DNA of 64,000 nucleotides from Candidatus Poribacteria bacterium (GTDB taxonomy: Bacteria > Poribacteria > WGA-4E > WGA-3G): positions 2,752,001 to 2,816,000 of the forward strand of contig OZ219753.1 in the NCBI GenBank assembly GCA_964291315.2, given 5' to 3'. Position 1 is the stretch's first letter; the number at the start of each line of letters is the position of its first letter. The translations under genes were made by a program, and so were the position numbers. This document shows, piece after piece, positions 30,365 through 40,861 of this stretch. Below the pieces are notes generated by a model. It was not told where the DNA came from. It did no database searches and was given only the letters and a program-made list of their open reading frames with translations.

Positions 30365-31264
30365 CTATTCGATCTCGCTTTTGAGCGAGAGGCTGTAGTC
30401 CAGTAATGCGTTTGCGTAGGGCATATTGTGGAGTCCATAACCGCTGTCGCCTTTGACCATGTCGTAGTTCAACTTTGCGTCGAGATAGGCCTGTGAGGTT
30501 TTGTTGGGTGCGGCATCAAGTAGCGCTTTGACGGCTTGCATCTTTGTCTCTATCTCAGCACGGTACTGCGGCAGTTTCACATCCATGTTGTTATCTGCGC
30601 TATCGTGACAGCCGGCAGTACTACATACGGATAACTTTGCAACGAAGGTATGACCGCCGTGTTGTGCGACTGTTTCTGGGTCTTCTTTTACCATATGGCA
30701 GGTGACGCATCGTTTCTTCATGATACGGACATGCGGTGACGGCATTCGTTTCACACCAATCCCTTCGCGTCCGAGGAACATTTCCGACTGAGATTGGTGA
30801 ACAATACCTGCTCCGGCGCATCCACAGTCCATCTTGTGGCAAGTGACACATAGATGCTTTGCGGGTTTCACCAATAAGTGTTCTGATCTGCTGGTATGCG
30901 AATGGCAGGAGGAGCAGGCAACTGCGTTCACTGCTGTCTCAATGTTATAGGTGTGTCCTGGATAGACTCGGTTACTGAACGTTTCGTAACCAGAAGAATG
31001 GCAGCTCAAGCAGGAGGTTCTGAGCTCATAAGGTCCCTCGATCAAGTTGACAAGTGCGTGGAAATGTCCGGCTTGCTGCCACTCTTGATAAGCAGGTTCA
31101 TGCCCATGACACTTAACGCATCCTTCGGCAAAGGGTGTTTTTGTATCAGGTGTCGTCTCGTCTGCTGCATGAACGGTAGTTATCTGATTGTAGCCACAAA
31201 GTGCGAAAATGGCGATTATTCCCATGAGTAGGGATGCCCCGAAAAATAATAAGGCTTGTTTCAT
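30365..31264 (-). CDS. Periplasmic multiheme c-type cytochrome (5 CxxCH plus 1 CX4CH)
   Basis: Signal/TM; CVKCH, CLSCH, CSSCH, CVTCH twice, CSTAGCH; C-terminal DSGYGLHNMPYA. Confidence 0.9.
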   Translation of the reverse strand: MKQALLFFGASLLMGIIAIFALCGYNQITTVHAADETTPDTKTPFAEGCVKCHGHEPAYQEWQQAGHFHALVNLIEGPYELRTSCLSCHSSGYETFSNRVYPGHTYNIETAVNAVACSSCHSHTSRSEHLLVKPAKHLCVTCHKMDCGCAGAGIVHQSQSEMFLGREGIGVKRMPSPHVRIMKKRCVTCHMVKEDPETVAQHGGHTFVAKLSVCSTAGCHDSADNNMDVKLPQYRAEIETKMQAVKALLDAAPNKTSQAYLDAKLNYDMVKGDSGYGLHNMPYANALLDYSLSLKSEIE

Positions 31265-31458
31265 GAATTTTAATTGTCCCCGTACTTTTGGTGCGCCTCC
31301 TCAGCCGGAAAGTAATATGCGGCTGAAAAGCGTTATTATATGAAAGCCTGTTTCTCCCCGCTGGGGCGATAGTGCTTATTGTACAATCCATGGTAATTTA
31401 GCATACATGATTTGCGGAAATATGTCAATTGTTTTTAGTGTATATAGGAGGTACTGTT

Positions 31459-32124
31459 ATGTCTGAAAACAGAAACGGGGTTAACCTTTTCAATGGTAAA
31501 GACATGGAGGGTTGGCTTGCCCGAGGAGATGTGTCAGCGCATGAATGGGACACGGCTGGCGGCATTGCTCTTAACCCAGCGGATTCCAAGCTTTTCACGA
31601 TAACGGCCGGTGAAGGTATTTTTTACAACGGTGCCGCTGGACGAACGCGCGATATCTACACCGAGGCAAGTTACGGAGATTGTGAATTGCGCGTGGAATT
31701 CATGGTACCAGAGGGTTCTAATTCAGGGGTCTACCTCATGAGCAGGTATGAGATTCAGATATTGGACAGTTGGGGTGAAACGGGGCTTCACTATGGCAGT
31801 TGTGGTGGTGTATATTGTCGCTGGATTGACAATCAGCCCGTGGATGGTGTTGCCCCGAGCGTTAATGCTAGCAAACCGGCTGGTGAGTGGCAAACGTATG
31901 CGATCACTTTCCGTGCGCCAAGGTTCGATGCTGATGGCAATAAGATTGCCAATGCTACCTTTGTTAAAGTGATATGGAACGGACAGGTGGTCCATGAGAA
32001 TGTAGAAGTTGCGGGTGTCACCCGCGGGGCGATGTTGGAAGATGAAGCCGCTACCGGTCCGCTGATGTTGCAGGGTGACCATGGCCCTGTAGCCTTCCGC
32101 AATGTCGTGCTGAAACCGGTTTGA
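31459..32124 (+). CDS. DUF1080 (3-keto-disaccharide hydrolase-like) protein
   Basis: LFNGKDMEGW, NSGVYL, YEIQILDS, GEWQTY, LQGDHGPVAFRN. Confidence 0.9.
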   Translation: MSENRNGVNLFNGKDMEGWLARGDVSAHEWDTAGGIALNPADSKLFTITAGEGIFYNGAAGRTRDIYTEASYGDCELRVEFMVPEGSNSGVYLMSRYEIQILDSWGETGLHYGSCGGVYCRWIDNQPVDGVAPSVNASKPAGEWQTYAITFRAPRFDADGNKIANATFVKVIWNGQVVHENVEVAGVTRGAMLEDEAATGPLMLQGDHGPVAFRNVVLKPV

Positions 32125-32164
32125 GCTATCTCAGCAAGAAATATATATATGGTAAGGAGACGTT

Positions 32165-33223
32165 ATGGAAAGACTAAAGCTTGGCGTTGTGGGTGCTGGT
32201 GGCATTGTTTGTCGGATGCACTTGCCTGACCTTGTGCGGGGCAGCGATTTTGAAGTAAGTGTCATCGGGGGCAGACGGGAGCATCGTCTTAAGCATCAGT
32301 GTCAGGAATTTGGCATCCCGCGCTGGACTCAGGACTATGAATCGATCGTTGCGGATGACACCTTGGACGCTATTTTGATTGGTACGCCGCATCCGTTGCA
32401 TGTTTCGTGGGGGGTGAAAGCGCTTGAAGCGGGCAGACATGTGCTTATGCAAAAACCGCTCTGTGGTGATATGGACGAAGCGAACCGGTTTGTTGATGTC
32501 ACTGAAGCGAGTGGTAAAACGGTGATGTGTCTCCCGCATTTCAACGCTGCTATCTACAAAATTCGTCAGTTGATTGCAGAAGAGGCAATCGGGCGTGTTT
32601 CTGGGGCGCGGATGCGGAGCAGCCACGGTGGTCCCGAAATCTACTATGCCGAGATTCGTGATATTTTCGGTGAGACTGGAGACGATTTGTGGTTTTTTGA
32701 CGCTAAGCAGGCGAGCGTTGGTGCGCTTTTTGACATGGGGGTCTACGCTGTTTCGGGTTTGGTTGCCATGCTGGGTACGTTTAAACGGGTAACCGGGCTT
32801 GTGTCGACGTTTGACAAACCGACAGAGTTAGAAGATGTTGGCACGCTTGTGCTTGAGATGCAATCGGGTGGTATTGTCACTGCGGAGACGAGTTGGTGCG
32901 ATCCTGCGCGGACGGGGGAAGCGAGCGTACACGGGACGGCGGGCAAATTCACGATGCCCGGCAAAGATGGTGCCACGCTCAGTCAGTGGACCCCGACGTC
33001 TTACACACGCGAGCACGCGCCAGTAGATGTCAAATCGGTTGACTGCTCAGATGCTGCTCCAAGCGGGATGCATGAACACTTCGCAGCGCATATCCGTGAA
33101 GGCACACAACCGCCGCTCTCAAACGTGTATACAGCGCGTCACGTCACTGAAATTTTGCTTGCGGGTCTTGAATCTTCGGCAGCGGGTAGGACAATAGAAC
33201 TGACAACAGAAGCGGACAAGTAG
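32165..33223 (+). CDS. Gfo/Idh/MocA family oxidoreductase
   Basis: GVVGAGGI, HVLMQKP, GALFDMGVY. Confidence 0.9.
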   Translation: MERLKLGVVGAGGIVCRMHLPDLVRGSDFEVSVIGGRREHRLKHQCQEFGIPRWTQDYESIVADDTLDAILIGTPHPLHVSWGVKALEAGRHVLMQKPLCGDMDEANRFVDVTEASGKTVMCLPHFNAAIYKIRQLIAEEAIGRVSGARMRSSHGGPEIYYAEIRDIFGETGDDLWFFDAKQASVGALFDMGVYAVSGLVAMLGTFKRVTGLVSTFDKPTELEDVGTLVLEMQSGGIVTAETSWCDPARTGEASVHGTAGKFTMPGKDGATLSQWTPTSYTREHAPVDVKSVDCSDAAPSGMHEHFAAHIREGTQPPLSNVYTARHVTEILLAGLESSAAGRTIELTTEADK

Positions 33224-33245
33224 TTAGGCGGGGAGACAGGTGTGT

Positions 33246-33278
33246 TTCATGTAGGCGCGGACAATGCGCCTACATGAA
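33246..33278. repeat. REP-like palindrome / bidirectional terminator
   Basis: TTCATGTAGGCGC-N7-GCGCCTACATGAA perfect 13-bp stem containing GTAG, between convergent genes. Confidence 0.7.
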
Positions 33279-33291
33279 GGTTCTCAAACGG

Positions 33292-33729
33292 TTAGCCTAA
33301 GCTGGCGTGAAATTCGTACCAGTCATCGAGGTTGTTGAGATTGACAGCGTCCAAGATAGAGCCGTGGTCTTCAATACCGTTCGCGCTGAGGATGCTTCCA
33401 CGGGTATCGTCGTCGTGATTGTACCCGGAAATTGCGGCGTTTAATGTATCAACGGCTGCTTGATCAAGAGTTCCGCCGTTCTGTTCCAAAACCCATGCCT
33501 CAAATTGCGGGTAGGTGGGCGAATTGTCGCTGATATATGCCAACGTGGTGTTCTTGTCGAGTCCAAGTGCATCTAATACCATTTGATCAAAGCCTGCGCC
33601 GCAAGCTGGGTAATCTTCATGTAGCACCCCTTTAGCGTCCATCAGCGCTTTTGACCAAAATCGGGGGAGGTGTAACACGCCGAGCGGTCCAGCAACCCCG
33701 GAACTAATTGTGGGAATCCTTCCTGCCAT
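33292..33729 (-). CDS. DUF5069 family protein
   Basis: GPLGVLHLPRFWSKA...DYPACGAGFDQMVL; AAGGAG RBS. Confidence 0.75.
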   Translation of the reverse strand: MAGRIPTISSGVAGPLGVLHLPRFWSKALMDAKGVLHEDYPACGAGFDQMVLDALGLDKNTTLAYISDNSPTYPQFEAWVLEQNGGTLDQAAVDTLNAAISGYNHDDDTRGSILSANGIEDHGSILDAVNLNNLDDWYEFHASLG

Positions 33730-33859
33730 TTCATTTCTCCTTTTTTGAAACGTTAGAAATAGAGAGTCGTTGCACAATAGGCGCTATTGCCTCTCGTTTA
33801 AGATACAGTGGTATTGTAGCACAACCTGTAAAGAAGTCAAGGAAAATTTGAAACATCTA

Positions 33860-35122
33860 TCACTCACGTATTTGACCGTCTCCGTATACGATGTACTTAT
33901 AAGTCGTTAACCCTTCAAGACCCATAGGCCCGCGGGAGTGGAGTTTTTGGGTGCTGATGCCGACTTCTGCTCCCAATCCGAATTCATAGCCGTCGGTGAA
34001 GACGGTGCTTGCGTTGACGTAGACAGCGGCAGAATCTACCTCTTTGAGGAACCGTTGTGCTGCGCTATAACTTTCGGTGATAATTGCATCGGAATGGTGT
34101 GATCCGTAGGTCTCAATGTGGTCAATTGCTGTGCTTATGTCGTCTACAACTCGGATAGATAAGATGTAATCGAGGTATTCGGTTCTCCAATCCTCTTCGG
34201 TTGCAGGTTTCGCCTTGGGACAGAGGGATTGTGTGCGTTTGCAGCCGCGAATTTCGACATTGGCATCCTGTAGGGACTCACAAAAAGTTGGAAGGAACTT
34301 GTCGGCTGTATCGGTATGGACAAGGAGTGTTTCTACTGCGTTGCAGACGGCGACTTTGTATCCGACTTTCGCGTTGATACAGATGTTGTGTGCCATTTCA
34401 GTGTCAGCGGTCTTGTCAACGTAGATATGACAGATACCGTCGGCGTGCCCGAGCACTGGGACATCGGATTCTTTCATCAAAGATTGGACGAATTCGTTGC
34501 TGCCGCGCGGAATGACGAGGTCGATGGACTCCGGTAGACGGATGAGCTCGTAGACCGCCTGCCGATCGGTGGTGTTAACAAACTGTATGGAATCTGGCAC
34601 TCCTTCTGCGGTGGCGGTATCGCTGAGGATGCTTGCAAGTGTTGCATTGGAGTGAATTGCCTCGGAACCGCCCCGGAGGATAACGCCGTTGCCGGATTTG
34701 ATACAGAGGGCGGATACTTCGACGGTAACGTCCGGGCGCGATTCATACACGACGGCGACAACCCCGATAGGGACGCGGACTGTACCGATTCTGAGTCCGT
34801 TTGGGCGTTCTGCCATGCTGATGACTGCTCCGATCGGGTCGGGAAGTGCGGCAACTTGGCGGAGGTTGTCTACCATTCGTTCTATTTTTTTGTCGTCGAG
34901 TAAGAGACGTTGCATGAGCGGAGCGGCGAGTCCTATCTTTTCGCCATTTTCAAGATCGATGCGGTTGGCTGCCTGAATTTTGTCTTTGGAATTCTGCAAG
35001 TTTTCAGCCATGGCTAAGAGTGCATGATTCCGGATGTCTGCGGAGCTTCGGGATAGAATCCGCATCGCTGATTTTGCCTTCCGCGCTTGTGATTGGATGA
35101 GTTGTTGGATGTTTTGGGGCAT
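33860..35122 (-). CDS. proA: Gamma-glutamyl phosphate reductase
   Basis: YESRP, LRGGSEA, VCNAVE, NASTVFTDG, ISTQKLHSRGPMGL. Confidence 0.95.
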   Translation of the reverse strand: MPQNIQQLIQSQARKAKSAMRILSRSSADIRNHALLAMAENLQNSKDKIQAANRIDLENGEKIGLAAPLMQRLLLDDKKIERMVDNLRQVAALPDPIGAVISMAERPNGLRIGTVRVPIGVVAVVYESRPDVTVEVSALCIKSGNGVILRGGSEAIHSNATLASILSDTATAEGVPDSIQFVNTTDRQAVYELIRLPESIDLVIPRGSNEFVQSLMKESDVPVLGHADGICHIYVDKTADTEMAHNICINAKVGYKVAVCNAVETLLVHTDTADKFLPTFCESLQDANVEIRGCKRTQSLCPKAKPATEEDWRTEYLDYILSIRVVDDISTAIDHIETYGSHHSDAIITESYSAAQRFLKEVDSAAVYVNASTVFTDGYEFGLGAEVGISTQKLHSRGPMGLEGLTTYKYIVYGDGQIRE

Positions 35123-35368
35123 AGTGTTCCTTCTAATGCTCAAGCGATAGATAATTAGGGGCTGGTTAATATTATAATGCAACACCTATAAAATTTGCAA
35201 GGGGGTTTGTAGTCAAACAGGATAGTATGCCAGGACTGGAATTTGGGAATCTTTGACCTTATTATATTTCTCTACTATACGCTCGACTTGCAATGCAATC
35301 TGGATAATGAAGCTGCATGTGTCTATTTTTCCTTGTGAGGCGTGCTATGGCAGTGAATTTATCCGAGG

Positions 35369-36202
35369 CTAAAGCAAGAGACGTAATCTATCTTCTGCGA
35401 CTTTGCAGTATTCGGGGGATATGTCTATTCCTATGTAGGAACGTTGATGTTTAAATGCGGCGACACAGGTTGTTCCGACACCTGAGAATGGGTCCAAAAT
35501 AATATCGCCTTTGAAACTGAACAGTTTTAGGACTCGGTGTGCTAATTCCTCGGGGAACATTGCGGGGTGTTTGAATTTTCCCATATTTCGTTCGGGTGCG
35601 ATTGTCCACTTTGCGGTTACCCACTCTTTGAATGAGTTGGCATCAATATCGGCATTTTTTGGGTCGCCTGCTTTTTTTAAATTTCCCTTGCAAAAGACCT
35701 CTAAGAACTCCCATGTGTATTTGAGATAGGGGCTAGATGGGCTTTTCCAGCTACCCCAGGCTGTGAATTTGCAGTTGTAGTGGTTTTTCTCCCATAAGAT
35801 CTCACCTTTCCAGATAAGTTTTTTCTGCATAAAGTGTTGAGAGATAAGATGATGTGTTGGAATGTAGTCTGAAAATAGGGGCTGAATGTTAACGATGATC
35901 CGTCCGCCATATTTCAAGACTCTGATACATTCATCAAAGATAGAGAATAGTACTTTGAAGTAAGAATCCCATGCGAAGGCATCTTCGGTATTCTCATAGT
36001 CGAGTCCGAAGTTGTAGGGCGGTGACGTGAAAATGAGGTCGATACAATTATCCGGTAGATTCTTGAGGACGACTTCTGAGTCGCCACAGATAATTTTATC
36101 GGTAAACCCAGGCGGCAGCGGGTTGTTTGCCTTTGTCCAATTATGGGTGTTGGCGTAATAGTGCTTTCCACGTGCTGCTTCTTTCTCTTTTCTGTTTTCC
36201 AC
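35369..36202 (-). CDS. Site-specific DNA methyltransferase, beta class, probably N4-cytosine
   Basis: Motif IV TSPPY precedes HPAMFP and motif I DPFSGVGTT; 15 nt downstream of res. Confidence 0.9.
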   Translation of the reverse strand: MENRKEKEAARGKHYYANTHNWTKANNPLPPGFTDKIICGDSEVVLKNLPDNCIDLIFTSPPYNFGLDYENTEDAFAWDSYFKVLFSIFDECIRVLKYGGRIIVNIQPLFSDYIPTHHLISQHFMQKKLIWKGEILWEKNHYNCKFTAWGSWKSPSSPYLKYTWEFLEVFCKGNLKKAGDPKNADIDANSFKEWVTAKWTIAPERNMGKFKHPAMFPEELAHRVLKLFSFKGDIILDPFSGVGTTCVAAFKHQRSYIGIDISPEYCKVAEDRLRLLL

Positions 36203-36217
36203 TTTGCGTTCTCTGTT

Positions 36218-38785
36218 TTATTTATCATCATTCAGCTGAGCGGAAATTTCAAGAAATTTATTCTCGCTGAATATCAATTGAAACATGCCTTTCCGTTTAG
36301 GTCCATCATGTACGACCATAGTTCCGGCGGCATTGAAAGCGCCCTCAAGCGTTTCCAGCACTTTGCGTTTATATTCGGTGTCAAGGTTGCCTGCAAGATG
36401 TTCTCCCTTTGTGTCAAAAATTAGGACGCGGGTTCCGCCGCTGGCTTCATTCGCCATGGCGACGAAATCGGGATAGATGCGTCCCTGTTTCCAACCTTGC
36501 AAGTAGTACTCACCGCGTTGACGCGCGGCGACTCGGTGCCACCATCGCAATGCTTTTTCTTCATCAAGATAGTAGGCAAATTTCTTTTCCAACTCGCTAT
36601 CAAATTGCTGTTCAAATACCGGCTCAAATAGACTTAGCTGCACGGGTTCATAGTTGCTGGTGAGTAGCGGTCTATCCTCCGTGTGTACGTGTATTTTGTA
36701 GCTATCCACTATTCGATAATTGGGTTCCCGCGTTTCTAAGTCAAATCGGATTTCGCCGCAATCGAGTTTGTTACGGAAGACCTGCTCCGCCTGTTTTTCG
36801 ACGGTGTGTTTTACGTGCTCACGCAGGAGATGTGCAAGGTAGGAGCGTCTATCGTAAATTTCGGATTCAGTTGTGCCTTGGGCTGTAAGCGTTTCGTGTA
36901 GCTGTTGTGCAACGCGAGCGGCTTGCCAGAGATTCGGTATAATATCAGACAGGCGTCGCGCGAAATCGGAAACTCCGAAGGTTTTGTCAATGTGGGGTTC
37001 TTGGTCGGGATGGAAAACAGGCGCTGTCTCGTCAACGTCCACGGTTGCAGATTGGCGTCGGACGCTTTGGGAGGCGGAGTCCGCTGGATCCGGCGGTTCA
37101 ATTGCACACCAATCTATATGAGGTAAGATATGTGCTTGATAATTGAGGCGTATCCAATTGCCGCGGCGATCTTTATGGAGTACCATGGGTAGGTAAATAG
37201 ACTGATTCTGAAATCTTTCACGGCGCTTTATAGACTGCGTCTGAATTTCTTGTTTATCCGCTAATTGTTGTGAATTTGATGCCCCCATTACTTCGTTTCC
37301 TAAACCGGTGAGTCCTTCGGATTCCAAGCCATTTTTGACTTGTGTGACAACGGTTCCGACCTCAACGTTATTGCAGTAGACGTAACACTGGTCCAATAGC
37401 TCGTTCCCGGTGCGTTGTGCATGTGGCTGTCGCATCACACGGCCCACGAGCTGCGTAATAGCTCTTTGTGCCTGTGTATTGTCGAGCATTACCAAGAGAT
37501 AGGCGAACGGGCAGTCCCATCCTTCCATGAGTGCGGATTTGGTGATGATCCAGCGGACCGGGGACAATTCTGAGAGGAGGTTTTCGCGTCCTAGTTCATC
37601 GTTTTCGGCTGACTTAACGCGAATTGCGTCCGGTGGTAATCCGAGTCTTATAAGGTATTCCCGAACATCTTCGGCATGGATATGATCTGTATCTCGTTGG
37701 TCTTTTCCGGTTCGTTCTACTCGTACAACGGCAATAGGGCGGATATATCGCCCGGTGCTGTTTTCAAAGGCCTTGGCTTCGGCATCAAGTCGTTCAAGCT
37801 CATCGACTGCTTGACTCAGTGTGAGCTGCCACTCGGCATTCGGGAACGAAGTTACCTGCACCGGCAGCTTAATCATCTCTTCTTTTTTGAGATCGGGGCC
37901 GCCGATATCTACGAGAAGATTGCTGATACCGCGGTTGGGCGTGGCAGAGAGTTCAATGACCATACGCGGGTCAAGGCGGTTGATGGATTTGGCAAATTCT
38001 TCGTTTGACACCCGATTTCTTGCGCCATAGGCTTTATGGGCCTCGTCTAAGACGACGACAGGCTGGAGCACCTTGAACACGTTGAACAAGCTCTGTTTGA
38101 TGAGGCCTCGTTCGGTATGACACTCCAGATCTGGATACATATTCAGCATTTCCGTATTGCGAAAGATTTCGTCTATGTCTGGGAAAAAAGTGGGATAGCG
38201 ACCCGTATCCCGAAACATCCGCAGGAATTCTTTGCCTTTCTGACGGTTTGCTGATGGCAACATGAGGAGCATGACACAGAGATAATTGGCAATGTCGTCT
38301 CTGTTGAAAGGGTCCTCTTTTTCGAGGAGCTTGATTCGCCCGCCACTTGCCCGGTTCAACATCTTACGGTACGGGTGTTGTTTGTTCCATAAGGCGGCTT
38401 TCGTTTGAGTATAGATTGCCTTGCTGGGCACAATCCACAGAACCAGACCGCGCTGCCAAGGCAGATGCTCTAACGCAGCGGCAGCAAGCAAGGTTTTACC
38501 GCCTCCCGTGGGAACTTTGAAGCAGATATGGGGTATAGGGCGGTTTGCATCATCGGTGCGGTCAACATATTCGCCGGCGGTCGCTGGAACGGCGTCGTTT
38601 TCTCTTAATTTTTTCCACGCAGCTTTCGGATAATTCCGCAACTCATCGGGGATCGGAATGTCAGTCGGTGTTTGTCTGAACACCTCCATCATTTTTTCTA
38701 ATTCATGTTGTGTCTCTGCAAGCGTCTCTAACCAACGTGCCAAGGCATCAAGGGCCTCGCGTTGATATTCTTTCAGTTCCATCAT
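36218..38785 (-). CDS. res: Type III restriction endonuclease Res subunit
   Basis: LKEYQ, KVPTGGGKT, DEAH, SATP, EGWDCP, QLVGRVMR; C-terminal PD-(D/E)xK nuclease YPDF...FDTKG. Confidence 0.92.
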   Translation of the reverse strand: MMELKEYQREALDALARWLETLAETQHELEKMMEVFRQTPTDIPIPDELRNYPKAAWKKLRENDAVPATAGEYVDRTDDANRPIPHICFKVPTGGGKTLLAAAALEHLPWQRGLVLWIVPSKAIYTQTKAALWNKQHPYRKMLNRASGGRIKLLEKEDPFNRDDIANYLCVMLLMLPSANRQKGKEFLRMFRDTGRYPTFFPDIDEIFRNTEMLNMYPDLECHTERGLIKQSLFNVFKVLQPVVVLDEAHKAYGARNRVSNEEFAKSINRLDPRMVIELSATPNRGISNLLVDIGGPDLKKEEMIKLPVQVTSFPNAEWQLTLSQAVDELERLDAEAKAFENSTGRYIRPIAVVRVERTGKDQRDTDHIHAEDVREYLIRLGLPPDAIRVKSAENDELGRENLLSELSPVRWIITKSALMEGWDCPFAYLLVMLDNTQAQRAITQLVGRVMRQPHAQRTGNELLDQCYVYCNNVEVGTVVTQVKNGLESEGLTGLGNEVMGASNSQQLADKQEIQTQSIKRRERFQNQSIYLPMVLHKDRRGNWIRLNYQAHILPHIDWCAIEPPDPADSASQSVRRQSATVDVDETAPVFHPDQEPHIDKTFGVSDFARRLSDIIPNLWQAARVAQQLHETLTAQGTTESEIYDRRSYLAHLLREHVKHTVEKQAEQVFRNKLDCGEIRFDLETREPNYRIVDSYKIHVHTEDRPLLTSNYEPVQLSLFEPVFEQQFDSELEKKFAYYLDEEKALRWWHRVAARQRGEYYLQGWKQGRIYPDFVAMANEASGGTRVLIFDTKGEHLAGNLDTEYKRKVLETLEGAFNAAGTMVVHDGPKRKGMFQLIFSENKFLEISAQLNDDK

Positions 38786-38797
38786 GTTAGCGTCTCT

Positions 38798-40416
38798 CTA
38801 CCTTTCGTGGAGTGCATCGGGAAGTTGGCAGAATACGATGCGCATGCGGGTGAGTTCCCGCTGCCCTATGTAATTGCCTGCTGCATAGACTATCGCCTTT
38901 CTGCCGGTCTGATCGCTCGCCTCCCGCACCCGCTCTGCACGCTCAATGTTGAGAATAGCGGCATCGCTGCGGAGGTATGCAAGATCGGGTTTGTAAATGA
39001 GATAATAGTCGTTTTCAGCGTCGCTGTGAAAAAGTCCGTCGTCATTTTTCGCCGTCAATGCGTTGGATCCGACAGAGGTGCCGGAGGTGGTATATAAGAG
39101 GTTTGCGGCGAGTGCGGCATATGAGGGCAGAGCCTCTCCGGTGAGCATTGTCTCTACCTCCATCGGTTTTCCGAGGGTGCAGTAAGTGAACGATCCGCCC
39201 AGGCCGTCGCGAAGAGCGGTGTCTCGGGCCTTAGGGACACCTTTGATGACGCGTCTGACGCGTTCCGCGGTGATGGTATCGGCATAGTTTTCGCACTCGA
39301 TGAGGATAAACTTCCGATTGCCACCATCCTCTCTGTTTAAAGCAAGAACGGCGTGGGCAGTGCTACCGCTACCAGCGAAGGAATCAAGGATAATAGCATC
39401 TTTGCTGTTTAACAACTCAAGTAAAAACTGAATAAATCTCACGGGTTTGGGCTGGGGGAAAACACCACCTTCACCAAATATATGCGAAGTTCGCGTGTCC
39501 CTTCAGAATTAAAACCTACAATTTCTGGTGAAAGGAATACGTCTGGCGGCTGCCCTTCTTGAACTTCAGACAGATAGCGTTTTACCCTCGGTTCATTGCC
39601 CGAAAAATCTATACGGCCCTCACTTTCCATACGGCGCAATGTTTCTTGCGCATAACGTGGATGCTGTCCAGAAGGGGGTGACCATACAACCCCATTTTTA
39701 AAAGTGAATGTGTAGGACGGGTAATAGTTTCTAGCACTGAGTGGATCAAGTTTATATTTGCCCCTCCCATCATTATCGTCATGCCGATAATTCGCTGACT
39801 TATCGATAACATAACGAATATATCGACTCTTATCTTCTCCAAACCATGATTTTTCTTTAGCATAGACCAAAGTGTAGTCAGCATTCAGATTAAAATCCTT
39901 GCTGGAGTTACGCACAGTATGCATTGCCCGTCGCGTAAGCACTGCAAAAAAGTTTTTCTCATCGAAAATCTCATTCATCAACATTCGGAGGTGGTGTACT
40001 TCATTGTCGTCAATAGAGACGAAAATGATACCGTCTTCTGAGAGGAGTTCCTTAAGAAGATGCAGCCTCGGCCACATCATGCAGAGCCATTTATCGTGGC
40101 GTTCCAAGTCCTCGTTATCCACGGGGGCGTTCTCCGTCAACCACTGCTGCATAAGGGGGCTATTCACGTTATCGTTATAGACCCAGTTCTCGTTGCCAGT
40201 GTTATAGGGTGGATCGATGTAGACGCACTTGATACGATTGGCATAGCGTGGGAGCAGTGCTTTGAGGGCGTGTAGGTTGTCTCCGTGAATAATGAGGTTG
40301 TCATCTGTATCGGATGGGTTGCAAGAGCGGTTTTCATCGGGTTCGAGGGGTCGATAAGGCACGGTGAGGTGGTGTGCGTAGATGTGCTGTTTGCCTTTGA
40401 ATTCAAGGGTCGGCAT
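38798..40416 (-). pseudogene. mod: Type III Mod subunit copy 2, frameshifted near 39483
   Basis: ORFs 39439-40416 (IDPPY) and 38798-39442 (DSFAGSG) are joined by a frameshift at CGC ATATAT TTG; the corrected frame reads ...IFGEGGVFPQPKPVRFI. Confidence 0.88.
38799..39322. repeat. Direct repeat, mod C-terminal arm (other copy at 40883-41406)
   Basis: About 524 bp; 3 mismatches found by eye. Confidence 0.92.
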
Positions 40417-40448
40417 ACCGGGAACTCCTTTAGAAAAGCACCAATGGA
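40011..40448. repeat. Direct repeat, mod N-terminal arm plus 5' leader (other copy at 42111-42548)
   Basis: About 438 bp; about 23 mismatches counted by eye, the coding ones nearly all synonymous. Confidence 0.92.
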
Positions 40449-40491
40449 ATAATGCATAAACGCTGCTTTTATAGGGTAACGTGTGGCGCTA

Positions 40492-40719
40492 CTATTCAGG
40501 TGCTTTCAGCTGTGAAGCGGAGAAACTCAGGCACTTATACATTTGTCCATTGTGGTCGCTAAATTCTACTTCAAATGCTTCTCCGTTTGAAAGGATTTCA
40601 ACGACGGTGCCGCTTTCTCCGCGTTTGAGATTATGATTAGGTAAGCCTTGTGTGAGCGCGACAACATCCAGAAGTTTGATTTTGTTTTTTTGAGTGTGTG
40701 CATGCTTGTGTTCAGGCAA
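40492..40719 (-). CDS. DUF4926 domain protein
   Basis: IKLLDVVALT...LKRGESGTVVEIL..GEAFEVEFSD.NGQ. Confidence 0.85.
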   Translation of the reverse strand: MPEHKHAHTQKNKIKLLDVVALTQGLPNHNLKRGESGTVVEILSNGEAFEVEFSDHNGQMYKCLSFSASQLKAPE

Positions 40720-40763
40720 TTTCAGCTTGTTCTCATCTATCTTGCTTTCAATTTGTTTAGTTA

Positions 40764-40793
40764 ATTATACTCAATTTGTTAAGCGGTTGTCAA
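40764..40793 (-). promoter_or_regulatory. Consensus sigma70 promoter driving DUF4926-mod2-res
   Basis: Minus strand TTGACA-N18-TATAAT. Confidence 0.7.
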
Positions 40794-40861
40794 GGTTTTC
40801 CGGTGGGTATCCGGACCAAGCATTTGATCGACAGGTAGTGCTGCGGACCCGCAATTGGCAC

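Noticed and set aside
31265-31458. Riboswitch ahead of the cytochrome gene
   Set aside because: Only a single TCAGCCG/CGGCTGA hairpin; no aptamer consensus recognised
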